Source: Deltaproteobacteria bacterium
Lineage (GTDB): Bacteria; Myxococcota_A; UBA9160; SMWR01
DNA: 64,000 bases
Assembly (NCBI GenBank): GCA_032128375.1
Contig: JAQBGU010000188.1
Location: 32,001 to 96,000 of the forward strand
Direction: 5' to 3'
Made by a program: the position numbers and the translations under genes. Below the pieces are notes generated by a model. The model was given only the letters and a program-made list of their open reading frames with translations, did no database searches and was not told the origin of the DNA. Positions 49,302-59,083 of the stretch are shown here, piece by piece (the first letter of the stretch is position 1; each line of letters opens with the position of its first letter).

Positions 49302-50255
49302 CTATTGCCTGGCGCGCATGGCGCCGCGAAGCTCGCTTTCGCCTTCGGGTATGAAACGCCTGTTGTCCGGGTCGTACCCGCGCGTTCGCAGCGAAATGCG
49401 AAACCGCGCAGGTCCGTCGATCCGCTCGATATCGTAGATGTGATACTGAGCGCGCTTGTGGGGTTTGTGGCCATAGTCCGACGCCGAGCGCACACCGACG
49501 ACCGGGATCGGGAGGTTTGGACCCGGGATCTTTGTGACCAACGTGCGGTGATTGTGGCCGTGGACCACGATCTCGGCCCCGACTCTGGCCAATGCCGTCC
49601 GCAACTCGAACGCGTCGGTCAGCGATCGACGTTTGACTGTCGAATGGTCGGTGACCGGATGATGGATCGAGACCAAGCGGCACAGGTCCGTATCAGCGAG
49701 ACGCTCGAGCAACTGCTCGAGCCTGTCGAGCTGCGCTGGCCCGACGGTACCGGTCGCTTCCAGGCTTGCGGTCGGGAGAGCCGAACAGACCCCGACCACG
49801 GCAACTGGACCGCGCACACGCAGAGTGGGAAAGGCATCGCGGGGATCCAGAAGTGCTGCGGCCTGCGGGATGTGGCACGCAGGATCGCTGTCGGAGCTGA
49901 TGTAATCTGACCACAGATCCCATGATACCCCTTGGGGGACGACCACATACGCGTCGTGATTTCCTGGAACGAGCGACACCTCATCCGGAGTTCCAATTCG
50001 CTCTAGCCACTGCCTTGCGACCGGAAACTCACTTTCGAGCGAGATATTCACCAGATCACCGGTTACGACGACGTGATCGGGCGCGGTGACCGCGATGTCG
50101 TCGATCAGCGCCTCGAGTACCGCGTCAAGATGAATCTTGCGGCGTCGAACTTGCCACGACAACCATCCAAAGAAGCGCTTGTTGAGCAACTCGGAAATGT
50201 CGCGGACCCGTACCGGGGTCGTGTGGAGATCCGACAAATGTCCAACCGAAAACAT
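49302..50255 (-). CDS. Calcineurin-like metallophosphoesterase
   Basis: HLSDLH, VTGDLVN, PGNHDAY, IHHP, HGHNH; ATG 50255 preferred. Confidence 0.92.
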   Translation of the reverse strand: MFSVGHLSDLHTTPVRVRDISELLNKRFFGWLSWQVRRRKIHLDAVLEALIDDIAVTAPDHVVVTGDLVNISLESEFPVARQWLERIGTPDEVSLVPGNHDAYVVVPQGVSWDLWSDYISSDSDPACHIPQAAALLDPRDAFPTLRVRGPVAVVGVCSALPTASLEATGTVGPAQLDRLEQLLERLADTDLCRLVSIHHPVTDHSTVKRRSLTDAFELRTALARVGAEIVVHGHNHRTLVTKIPGPNLPIPVVGVRSASDYGHKPHKRAQYHIYDIERIDGPARFRISLRTRGYDPDNRRFIPEGESELRGAMRARQ

Positions 50256-50526
50256 TGCTTTTTCACCCCAATTCCAAGATCGACTCAACGCTAACTCAGC
50301 TTCTGCCGCTGTGATACTGTCGCCGGTCGTCTGGGTCCCGCCCCCGAACTGCAGGGATGCCACTCTGAGATCGACGATCAGCAGGATCATCGAAGGAGTC
50401 GCTCGCTCGACGCGTCCGTTCGCAAACATTGCCGGGTAATCGTTGTAGTCCGTCATTTTCTTCAATCGGCGTCGCCGAAAGGCTGACTCTCACGCATAGC
50501 TTGGTGCGACGTGCAGATGGGGTGAC

Positions 50527-51786
50527 ATGCAGAACTCAAGCACACCGAATGCCCCCGACGCGTGGATCATCGAAGTGGAAGACCCGGCCGATGTGCGCGT
50601 TTGGGGGCTCGCGCCACCACAACGCCAGCACCGACTACTGGAACGCGCCGGTTGTGGATCCATTCGGGTGCTGTCACCCGGCGAGCCAATGCCGAACCCG
50701 CTCGAATGCGACACCGTAATGATTGCGCGCGCCGATGCCATCTTGGATGAGCGTCTGATCGCAGGCATATTTGCGGCGACCGACAGCGTGCTCGTCGCGC
50801 CGAGGCGCAACGGCTGGGGAGGTCCCGTTCTCGCGCACGTCGGCAACGATCAAGCGGCCGACGTACTCCAAATGATGCGGGGCGCGGCGGCCGGCCAGAT
50901 CGATTTCGACGATTCGGTGCTGGCCGACGGGCACGCGCTGCGGCTCGTCGGCCCCGCCGACGTGGCCTCGTCATACACCGTCAAGCTGCGCAAGTACGAC
51001 CCGCCGTTTATCTATCCCGCTGATGCCGAAGCTGTTCGAGCCGTCGAAGAACGGCTGTTTGCGTCGTCGTACAAGGGAGTGACAGACCTCATCACGAAAT
51101 GGCTTTGGCCGACCCCCGCGGCAGCTGTAGTCCGTGTATTGGCCAACGCCGGGGTGAAGCCCAACACCGTGACCGGGTTGGGCTGGTTGCTGACGATCGC
51201 TGCCGGCGTGTTGTTTTGGAAAGGCTGGTTCGGTCTGGGCCTGCTGTGCGGTTGGGCAATGACGTTCTTGGATACCGTCGACGGCAAGCTCGCGCGATTG
51301 ACCATGACTTCCAGCACGATCGGTCACATCCTGGATCACGGCCTCGACAATGTGCATCCGCCCATCTGGTACCTGCTGTGGGGCCTGGGCTTGCATGCGG
51401 GCGGCTACGTCACGTCCCCGTCGCTGTACACCACCACTCTCATCGTCGTGGTCGGCTACCTGGTGGGTCGGGCGCTCGAGGCGGCCTTCATGCTGATGTT
51501 CAAGATCGAGACGCATTGCTGGCGACCGATCGACTCGCTGTTTCGGACGATCACCGCGCGCCGAAACCCGAACCTGATCCTATTGTCGGTCGCAACGCTT
51601 GGCGGTCGGCCTGACCTGGGACTCGTCATGGTGGCGATCTGGACTCTTGTGAGTATTGGCTTCCACCTCGAACGCGTCGTCCAGGCGCTCATGGAACGTT
51701 CGCGGGGGGGCGAGATTTTCCGCTGGGACGAAGCGCCCATCGCGGAGGCCATGGGCCCGGCGGCCCAGCTGGGCGCGGCCCGTTGA
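50527..51786 (+). CDS. CDP-alcohol phosphatidyltransferase with N-terminal degenerate NTP-transferase-like domain (CpgA-like)
   Basis: YKGVTDLITKW, PNTVT, LDTVDGKLAR...G..LDHGLD signature, ITARRNPN. Confidence 0.9.
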   Translation: MQNSSTPNAPDAWIIEVEDPADVRVWGLAPPQRQHRLLERAGCGSIRVLSPGEPMPNPLECDTVMIARADAILDERLIAGIFAATDSVLVAPRRNGWGGPVLAHVGNDQAADVLQMMRGAAAGQIDFDDSVLADGHALRLVGPADVASSYTVKLRKYDPPFIYPADAEAVRAVEERLFASSYKGVTDLITKWLWPTPAAAVVRVLANAGVKPNTVTGLGWLLTIAAGVLFWKGWFGLGLLCGWAMTFLDTVDGKLARLTMTSSTIGHILDHGLDNVHPPIWYLLWGLGLHAGGYVTSPSLYTTTLIVVVGYLVGRALEAAFMLMFKIETHCWRPIDSLFRTITARRNPNLILLSVATLGGRPDLGLVMVAIWTLVSIGFHLERVVQALMERSRGGEIFRWDEAPIAEAMGPAAQLGAAR

Positions 51787-52901
51787 GCGTGCGAAGCTCA
51801 GCGCGCACGGCGCAACCGAACCGGATTCGGCCCTCACTGTGGCGGGGCGTGGTGTGTCTCGCAGTACTCGCCGGAATTGCGCCGCTGCTAGCGGTTTCAA
51901 ACGAGCGAGGCGCCCCGAACTCGCGGATTTCGTCGAGTGGATCGGCATCGGAGTACTGGGACATCGTCGCGCAGTTCGACTCGAACCACAGCCTGTTCGC
52001 GCGCTTCTTGATCACCAACGAAGGCCCAGGCGACCGAACCGCGGTCGCAACCTGGTACCTCGTGGACCCGGACGGAATGATGGTCCCGTTCCGCAATGGC
52101 CGCCGCGAAAGCCGCTGGACGCTCAGCCCGGACGGCGCACGGCTCGAAATCGGCTCGAGCGTGTTGGATCAGCGCGGTTCTGTGCACTCCCTCGAATACA
52201 GCAGTGGGAAGCGGGGCATCAAGGTCCACCTCAGGTTCGCAGCGTCGGGTGCTGTCGCCTGGACCGATACAGGCCCCGAGAGCCCGTACGCAATCGATTT
52301 GCTCAATATCGGAACTCCGGTAGTGGGAAGCCTATGGCTCCGGGGAATGAGCGAGCCGCTCGCCGTCAACGGCTCGATTTCGGTCACCCACACCTGGATG
52401 GAAGCAGGGGAATCCGAGCTCTCGCTGCGTCGGATCGAATTCTCGTCCAGCGGTGAGGGCGACGGGGTATACGTATCCGACGTGACCGAGCCTGGCGGTG
52501 GTCGTCACCGCTGGCTCGTCGTCAAACGCTACGGCGAGACGGTTTTCCAGACCTCGGACTTCCAGCTCGAAATCGAAAGGCCTGCGCGCTGGCGCGAGGG
52601 CTACCCCATGCCGGCTTCGCTGCGGATCACAGGTGCCGCCGTCGAGGGAAGCATCCAGGGCGGACCGCTCCTCGTCGAGGTAAACCCGCTAGAGAATCTT
52701 CCCCAACCGTTTCGATTCCTGTTATCCTTCAAGATGCGTCCCAGGAGGCTGTGGACGCTCGCATCATTCGACGTGAAGCTTCGAGCCGACCCCAACCTCC
52801 CCCCGGTTTCGCTGCAGGGCTCGGGCATCACCACGGTCACCTACCTAAACCCACTCCCCCAAAAAGTCTCGAGATCCCAGTCCGAGAATGCAGGAGCCTG
52901 A
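51783..52901 (+). CDS. Exported beta-rich protein, AttH/CrtC/Svf1 lipocalin-like (tentative)
   Basis: Signal/TM segment, SEYWDIVAQF...FLITNEG, SVTHTW, GYPMP; beta-strand periodicity. Confidence 0.6.
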   Translation: MSVRSSARTAQPNRIRPSLWRGVVCLAVLAGIAPLLAVSNERGAPNSRISSSGSASEYWDIVAQFDSNHSLFARFLITNEGPGDRTAVATWYLVDPDGMMVPFRNGRRESRWTLSPDGARLEIGSSVLDQRGSVHSLEYSSGKRGIKVHLRFAASGAVAWTDTGPESPYAIDLLNIGTPVVGSLWLRGMSEPLAVNGSISVTHTWMEAGESELSLRRIEFSSSGEGDGVYVSDVTEPGGGRHRWLVVKRYGETVFQTSDFQLEIERPARWREGYPMPASLRITGAAVEGSIQGGPLLVEVNPLENLPQPFRFLLSFKMRPRRLWTLASFDVKLRADPNLPPVSLQGSGITTVTYLNPLPQKVSRSQSENAGA

Positions 52902-52904
52902 GTC

Positions 52905-53861
52905 GTGAGAATCGGCTTGCTTAACAATCTTCGCGCTGGGCGCAGCCGTCGCCAGATTTCTAAAATCCTCGGCGTGCTCTCGGATTTCCCGCACGTGCAC
53001 CACGTCGAGACCGACAGCGTTCGTGCGGTCCCGGAAGCGCTTGCCGCGTTAGCGCTCGAGAACGTCGACCTGTTGATAGTCAATGGCGGCGACGGAACGC
53101 TCCAATATACGATCACACGCATACTATCCGGCATGGATTTTCAGGACATTCCGATGATCGCTCCCTTGCGAGGCGGTCGCACCAATATGAGCGCTCTCGA
53201 CCTTGGGGCTCACCGCAATCCCGCCAAAGGACTGCGCGAATTGCTCGACGATGCGTACAGCGGCCGAATCGCGAGCCGAATCGTGAAGCGCCCCGTGCTG
53301 CGCGTCGAAACGCTGCGCGACGCCAGCTTGAACTACGGTTTCTTTTTTGGAGCGGGGATGATCCATCGGGCCATCGCGCTGACCCACGACTTGTTTCCGA
53401 CCGGCCGCACCCAAGGTGTGTTCGGTGCCGGTCTTGTCACGGCTGGCCTGATCCTGCGGATGGGCGCCAACAAGCTCGACGGCGTGTTGACGCCGGACAA
53501 GGCCCAAATCACGCTCGACGGCGAATTCGTCGATTCGGGCGAGTTCACACTGATCATCGCTTCCAGTTTGAAGCGATTGTTCTGTCGAATGAACCCGTTT
53601 TGGGGCAGCGAGCCCGCACCGGTTCGATTTACCGCTGTTGCCAGCGACTCGGAACGCACCGCCATCGCCTCGGCCGGAATTCTCAGGGGCAAGCCCAGTG
53701 CGTTCGTCACACCGGAGAACGGTTATACCAGCCGCAACGTCGCTACCGCGGAGCTCCGGATTCACTGCGGCTTCACAGTCGATGGCGAGGTGATCGCGCC
53801 TTGCGACGACGAAGTCGTTCGGATCAGCGGAGACGAGAAAATCACCTTTCTTCGGGCGTGA
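52905..53861 (+). CDS. Diacylglycerol/sphingosine kinase-fold lipid kinase (CpgB ceramide-kinase-like)
   Basis: LNN.RAG, NGGDGT, LRGGRTNMSALDLG, FTVDGE. Confidence 0.88.
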   Translation: MRIGLLNNLRAGRSRRQISKILGVLSDFPHVHHVETDSVRAVPEALAALALENVDLLIVNGGDGTLQYTITRILSGMDFQDIPMIAPLRGGRTNMSALDLGAHRNPAKGLRELLDDAYSGRIASRIVKRPVLRVETLRDASLNYGFFFGAGMIHRAIALTHDLFPTGRTQGVFGAGLVTAGLILRMGANKLDGVLTPDKAQITLDGEFVDSGEFTLIIASSLKRLFCRMNPFWGSEPAPVRFTAVASDSERTAIASAGILRGKPSAFVTPENGYTSRNVATAELRIHCGFTVDGEVIAPCDDEVVRISGDEKITFLRA

Positions 53862-53930
53862 CCGTGACCCCGACCATCCCTGTGCTGGCCTGATATGTCG
53901 CCTGGCGGCGCTGCCCGCGGGGTCGGGTGT

Positions 53931-54893
53931 GTGTCGAAGGCCGATCCATCAGCCCTCGAGGCGATGGTCGTAGCAGAGCTGTTCAGGCCAGCGCCAAAGG
54001 CCGCCGTGCTCATGGCCGAGCGATTCGTCCGACGCCATGGAACCAGCGTTGCTGCAGTGCTGTTCTACGGCTCGTGCTTGCGACGCGGAAGCATCGAGGG
54101 AGTGCTCGACTTCTATGTGCTGGTCGACCGCTATCGCGACGTGTACGGGTCGCGCGCGCTCGCGTGGGCCAACCGTGCGCTTCCGCCCAATGTGTTCTAT
54201 CTGGAGGCCGACACAGAGATCGGGATGCTGCGTTGCAAGTACGCGGTGATTTCCTGCGACGATTTCGACCGCGGAGCCAGACCTGGCAGTCTTCGATCGA
54301 GTATCTGGGCGCGTTTCTGCCAGCCGGCGTTGAGTGTCTGGACCCGGGACGCAGCCGCGCGACGCAGGATATCGAGCTCAGTCACCGAAGCGATCTTGAC
54401 CGCAGTCGGTCGCGTTGTACCGCTGATGGCGGATGCTCGAGGGGTCGCGTATTTCGATTCGGAGCAGCTGTGGCTACGCGTGTTGCAGGAGACCTACTCA
54501 GCTGAATGGCGCACCGAATCCCCCGAAACGATCCAAAGCCTGCATTGCGCAAATCCGGATCGCTACGCAGCCGCGACGCGAGGCGCACTCGACACGTTGG
54601 CTAGCCGGGGGGTGTTGCAGTTCGCCCGCAGCGAAGACGGGTTCGAGGTCACGGCGTGTTGCCAAAGCCAAGCGGTACCACGGCCGGTGCGGCGCCCACT
54701 TGCGAAGTTCGTCTACTTGCTTGCCCTGCTGAAGAGCATCGCGACGTTTGGAGATTGGCTGCCGTATGCGCTTTGGAAGCTCGAGCGGCACACCGGCAAT
54801 CGAATCGAACTGACGGACCGGCAGCGCCGGCACCCGCTCTTCTTGGGTTGGCCTGTGCTGCTACGGGTGCTCTGGCAGCGAGACTTGCGCTGA
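53931..54893 (+). CDS. Tam41/Mmp37-like cytidylyltransferase (CpgC-like)
   Basis: VLFYGSCLR...LDFYVLVD (pol-beta NTase GS...D), LPPNVFY, KYAVIS, WARFCQP, TYSAEWR.E, YALWKLERH; start uncertain (ORF from 53895). Confidence 0.78.
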   Translation: MSKADPSALEAMVVAELFRPAPKAAVLMAERFVRRHGTSVAAVLFYGSCLRRGSIEGVLDFYVLVDRYRDVYGSRALAWANRALPPNVFYLEADTEIGMLRCKYAVISCDDFDRGARPGSLRSSIWARFCQPALSVWTRDAAARRRISSSVTEAILTAVGRVVPLMADARGVAYFDSEQLWLRVLQETYSAEWRTESPETIQSLHCANPDRYAAATRGALDTLASRGVLQFARSEDGFEVTACCQSQAVPRPVRRPLAKFVYLLALLKSIATFGDWLPYALWKLERHTGNRIELTDRQRRHPLFLGWPVLLRVLWQRDLR

Positions 54894-55946
54894 GACTTCG
54901 CCACGCCCCGCGTTGCGCCAAAGGCTCTGCAGTGTATGCGGTCCATCGCGCAAGGTCGCCCGATACGGCGCACTTTGCGGGAGTTCGGATAGGAGATGCC
55001 GGTGTACGCGTCCCAGGCTGTGGTATGGCAGGTACGGCAGGTAGTGATGCAGCGCGTGGTAGCGAAGACCAACCGGCGCGAACAGTACGGTCAGTAGCGG
55101 GTACCCGCGCAGCGTAATCGAGTCGAGAAGTTGTTCCTCGACATCCATCGTACCGCCTTCGTTTTCGTAATGATGAGCGGCCAGCGTTCTGACCTGATTC
55201 ACGGTCAATACGCCAGCGCTAACGATGCACCACTGCGCGATCCACTGCAGCGGCACCCAGCCAAAATACGCGGCTGCGGCGATCAACCAGACGAACCCGG
55301 CCGCCGCCGCTTCTTGAATTTTCCAACGGCGCACTTGGGGCCCGCGTGGCATCGGGCGGACATAGTCAGAGTTGATCACAAGAGTTGAGAGCTTGCCGAC
55401 GACCAGCCGACGCAGCGGCGGGACGAAATACGAAATCGGCCCGACCAGACCCCAACGCAATGGCAAGACCAGCGGCAGTAGCGCGACCGTGAACACGAAT
55501 GCGACGATGCGCAGACGTCCCCAACGAGCGATCGGCGCGTACTCGGGATCATCGTTTGTGCCGAAGCCCATTCGGGTGTGGTGATCGAGGTGGGAGCCGA
55601 CGTACATCAAGCTCGGGATGAGCATCGGAATCCCGAGCATCGCATTCCATGCGAGTTCGAAGCCGGGAAGTTGGCCGCGCTTGAGGTGCGATAGTTCATG
55701 GATGAACAGAGCCGCGCGCAACATCGCGAGGATCGCTCCCAGCGTCGCGGCCACGTGAACAAGCGAACCGGGCAGCGCCGTGGCGGCGACGAAGAACATC
55801 GCCCAACCGACACAAGTCGATGCGAGCAAGTCTGCCCAATAGATGAATCGGCTGGGCTCCGCGCGCAACTCGATTCGCTTAATGAGATCGGTAATGCGGA
55901 GCACTGAGTGCTGGCGTCGAGCCGACGCAAGTGAATCGTCACTCAT
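54861..55946 (-). CDS. Membrane fatty acid desaturase family protein
   Basis: His boxes HELSH, HLDHH, HALHH. Confidence 0.9.
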   Translation of the reverse strand: MSDDSLASARRQHSVLRITDLIKRIELRAEPSRFIYWADLLASTCVGWAMFFVAATALPGSLVHVAATLGAILAMLRAALFIHELSHLKRGQLPGFELAWNAMLGIPMLIPSLMYVGSHLDHHTRMGFGTNDDPEYAPIARWGRLRIVAFVFTVALLPLVLPLRWGLVGPISYFVPPLRRLVVGKLSTLVINSDYVRPMPRGPQVRRWKIQEAAAAGFVWLIAAAAYFGWVPLQWIAQWCIVSAGVLTVNQVRTLAAHHYENEGGTMDVEEQLLDSITLRGYPLLTVLFAPVGLRYHALHHYLPYLPYHSLGRVHRHLLSELPQSAPYRATLRDGPHTLQSLWRNAGRGEVSAQVSLPEHP

Positions 55947-56087
55947 GCGATCTGGTGACTCCTGAGATTTAGATCTGCTGAATATGGCTCCGCCCCTGCG
56001 GCCCCCCGGTCCCCCCGGTCCAGCAAGTGCGGAACGTTACATCAATCGCCCCGATCGAAACCACTGGGAATTTTCGACAGCGTAGGT

Positions 56088-56114
56088 GAAAAGCCCCTCT
56101 CGGTTCGAGGGAAT
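56088..56114 (-). terminator. Possible weak intrinsic terminator after the MarR gene
   Basis: Minus strand CCCTC-GAACCGA-GAGGG followed by GCTTTT. Confidence 0.3.
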
Positions 56115-56154
56115 CAGACCCTTGTCGGCAGATTCACTGGAGGACTGAAGCCTG

Positions 56155-56646
56155 TCAGTTGGACTTGACCGCCTGATTCAACGCCGCCTCTACGGCCAAA
56201 ACGACCGGTGCGACCGTTGACGCAACGTCCCGGGGCACCAGTTCGAGGAGCCGGCGAGACAAGACGCTCTCTGCGCGACGTATCGCGACGCGCCCCTCGT
56301 CGGTAGGCTCGAGTTGGATTCCCCGGCGGTCGCTCGGCACAGGGACACGCCGCAGCAGGTTGCTGTGCGCGAGTCCATCCACAAGAGAGGTCAGAGTCGG
56401 GCGGCTCACACCCACTTGGATCGCCAAGTCGCTTGCTCGTTGCGGGCGATTGGAGATGCTGACCAGCAGGCGGTACTGGGGCAGGCTGATCCCCGACTCC
56501 TGGCAAGCTCGTTCAGCGACACGCGCCAGACGGGCCAGCAGCCTGATCCCAGGGATGAAATCAGGTTCGATTTCTGACGAAATCGGCGAAATCAGCGCAG
56601 TCGGCGAAGTCGGCGAAGTCGGTGAGGGGGTGATCGTGGCTTCCAT
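56155..56646 (-). CDS. MarR family transcriptional regulator
   Basis: ISLPQYRLL, SDLA..VGVSRPTLTSLVDGL, DRRGI.LEPTDEG. Confidence 0.9.
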   Translation of the reverse strand: MEATITPSPTSPTSPTALISPISSEIEPDFIPGIRLLARLARVAERACQESGISLPQYRLLVSISNRPQRASDLAIQVGVSRPTLTSLVDGLAHSNLLRRVPVPSDRRGIQLEPTDEGRVAIRRAESVLSRRLLELVPRDVASTVAPVVLAVEAALNQAVKSN

Positions 56647-56742
56647 CGTCGGGTCTCCAGAGAGCAAAGCAAATAGCCGTAAGATTGCAGTATACGACGA
56701 ATTCACCGAATCTGACTAACCATCAAGTTCGAATATTCGGCT

Positions 56743-57309
56743 CTAGTGCGAAATGGCCGCTTCAGCCTGTTCGAGGACGCCGCGAGTGTCGAAAACCAGC
56801 AAGTCGCCGACTCCGACGCCCATTTCGGCCAGCCGGCCGCCGGCGGTTTCCAGTGAAAAACGCACAGGACCACTGCTGCGATAGACAGGTAGGCGGTTTT
56901 CGTAATCTCGGGTGCTCTCGGCTGGGCCGCGACGAGGCTCTGGCTGCATCTCGTGGCTGGTGATGATGCGGCCCTCCTCATCGAGAAAGGCGACATCGAT
57001 CGGAATCGGGCAGTCGCGCATCACCATCCCGACGATCTGCGACGGCCGGTTGACAAACAGCATGCCACCGGTCGGAGAGATGAATCGTCTCCCCCCAAGC
57101 CCTCGGTTGCGAGTCTGGGAGTCCAGCGCGAGTTCCAGCTCGAACAGCTCTGCACCGATCTCGACCCAGGCCGTGGCCGGCTTTGCGCCTCGGTCGGGCG
57201 GCGGCTTCGCCTCACTGAGGTCCTCGCTCGAACATCCCTTCAGCCCGATCGCGACCAAAAGGAGAACCAGCGCGAATAATTTGGCGTCGCCCGCGTGATG
57301 TCCAATCAA
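56743..57309 (-). CDS. DUF192 family (probable lipoprotein)
   Basis: LKGC lipobox-like, RNRGLGGR, GGMLF, MRDCPIPIDVAF, LETAGG; start uncertain. Confidence 0.85.
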   Translation of the reverse strand: MIGHHAGDAKLFALVLLLVAIGLKGCSSEDLSEAKPPPDRGAKPATAWVEIGAELFELELALDSQTRNRGLGGRRFISPTGGMLFVNRPSQIVGMVMRDCPIPIDVAFLDEEGRIITSHEMQPEPRRGPAESTRDYENRLPVYRSSGPVRFSLETAGGRLAEMGVGVGDLLVFDTRGVLEQAEAAISH

Positions 57310-57467
57310 GACGCCTCTCCGGATCCGAATCTGAACACCGTGATACTACGATTTGGGCTGCGCGGTGAAAACTGCCGCATCCCGCGGTCAGCTGTTGTTG
57401 CTGCCGCCTCGCGACCCGGTTGTCGACTCGAGGGGTCTAGCGGTTGCGATCTCACACTTCTTGGCCG

Positions 57468-57530
57468 TGCTACGATGATTGACTCCAGAGTCAACACTGC
57501 AGAGTCAACCCAGTGAGTCAATCCCGTCAA
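57468..57530 (+). promoter_or_regulatory. Extended -10 element followed by a palindromic operator and repeated half-sites upstream of the thiolase gene
   Basis: TG-C-TACGAT (57468-57476), TTGACTC-CA-GAGTCAA (57479-57494), further GAGTCAA at 57502 and 57515, GTCAA at 57526. Confidence 0.6.
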
Positions 57531-57610
57531 TTCCCCCAAGCCCGGCTGCGCGAACCCCATCAGTTCAGGTCCGAAGCAGGGCCGATGCGCGCCGAAAAGG
57601 AGTTACAAAA

Positions 57611-58816
57611 GTGGGCAAGAAAGTATTCGTAGTCGGCGTCGGTATGACCAAGTTCGAGAAGCCCGGATCCAAGGACTGGGACTACCCGGATATGGCGAAG
57701 GAAGCTGGAACCAACGCGCTCGCAGACGCCGGCATCGACTACAGCGAAATTCAGCAGGCAATCGTCGGCTATTGCTACGGCGACTCGACCTGCGGCGAGC
57801 GGGCCGTGTATACGCTGGGGTTGACCGGAATCCCGGTCTATAACGTCAACAACAACTGCTCGACCGGCTCGACCGCACTGTTCATGGCCAAACAGTTCGT
57901 CGAGGGCGACTTGGTGGACTGCGCGCTCGCGTTGGGCTTCGAGAAGATGGAAAAGGGTTCGCTGGGGATCAAATACACCGATCGCACCAACCCGATGGAC
58001 AAACACGCGGGCGCCATGATCGAGATGCGGGGCTACGAGCCGAAGTCTCCCGCCGCGGCCCAGTTCTTCGGCAACGCCGGGCGCGAGCACATGGAGCGCT
58101 ACGGCACCACCCCGGAGCACTTCGCGAAGATCGGCTGGAAGAACCACAAGCATTCGGTGAATAACCCGTACTCGCAGTTCCAGGACGAGTACTCGCTCGA
58201 CGACATCAAGAATTCACCCATGGTGTACGACCCGCTGACGAAGCTGCAGTGCTGCCCGACCTCCGATGGCTCAGGGGCCGCGGTCGTCTGCAGCGAACAA
58301 TTCGTGAAGAAGCACGGACTCGAAGACAAGGCAGTCGAGATCATCGGCATGGCGATGACGACAGACTTAGAGACTACCTTCAGCGAGAAGAGCAGCATGA
58401 AGCTGATCGGCACTGATATGACCAAGCGAGCGGCCCAGATGGTCTACGAGCAATCGGGTGTCGGCCCCGAGGACGTGGATGTGGTCGAGCTCCACGACTG
58501 CTTTTCGTGCAACGAACTCGTTACCTACGAGGGACTCGGACTATGCCCTGAAGGCAAAGCCGGCGAGTTCATCGATTCTGGTGCGAACACCTACGGCGGC
58601 CAGGTCGTCATCAACCCCTCCGGCGGACTGATCTCGAAGGGTCACCCGCTCGGCGCTACCGGGCTCGCACAGTGCGCCGAACTCACATGGCAACTGCGCG
58701 GGGCAGCCAATCAGCGCCAGGTCGAGGGCGCGAAGATTGCGCTCCAACACAACTTGGGCCTCGGTGGCGCTGCGGTAGTCGCTGCGTACCGCAAGGCGTC
58801 CTTCCAACCGCGATAG
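57611..58816 (+). CDS. SCP-x type thiolase (lipid-transfer protein)
   Basis: AGGAG RBS + [45 protein letters not shown]. Confidence 0.95.
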   Translation: MGKKVFVVGVGMTKFEKPGSKDWDYPDMAKEAGTNALADAGIDYSEIQQAIVGYCYGDSTCGERAVYTLGLTGIPVYNVNNNCSTGSTALFMAKQFVEGDLVDCALALGFEKMEKGSLGIKYTDRTNPMDKHAGAMIEMRGYEPKSPAAAQFFGNAGREHMERYGTTPEHFAKIGWKNHKHSVNNPYSQFQDEYSLDDIKNSPMVYDPLTKLQCCPTSDGSGAAVVCSEQFVKKHGLEDKAVEIIGMAMTTDLETTFSEKSSMKLIGTDMTKRAAQMVYEQSGVGPEDVDVVELHDCFSCNELVTYEGLGLCPEGKAGEFIDSGANTYGGQVVINPSGGLISKGHPLGATGLAQCAELTWQLRGAANQRQVEGAKIALQHNLGLGGAAVVAAYRKASFQPR

Positions 58817-59083
58817 GCGCCACTCAGTACACGCGCCGATGTGCGCGCGATGGCCGTCCCGGCGACCCTGGCGCTCATCGGTGGCGGACGGGTGGGATCG
58901 CGCTGCGATGTGGAAGCGCTAGCCACGACACGGTGAGAGCGCCAGCATGCTGTGGAAGATCTGTGCATCGCGAAAGCGCGGTGTTCTTTTCGGCCGGGGC
59001 AACCCGACACCGACGATCATCAAGATTGGGGTCCGCTTGGCTGAACCGAATCAAGACAGCCGCACGAGGGCCGTCGAATCCGA

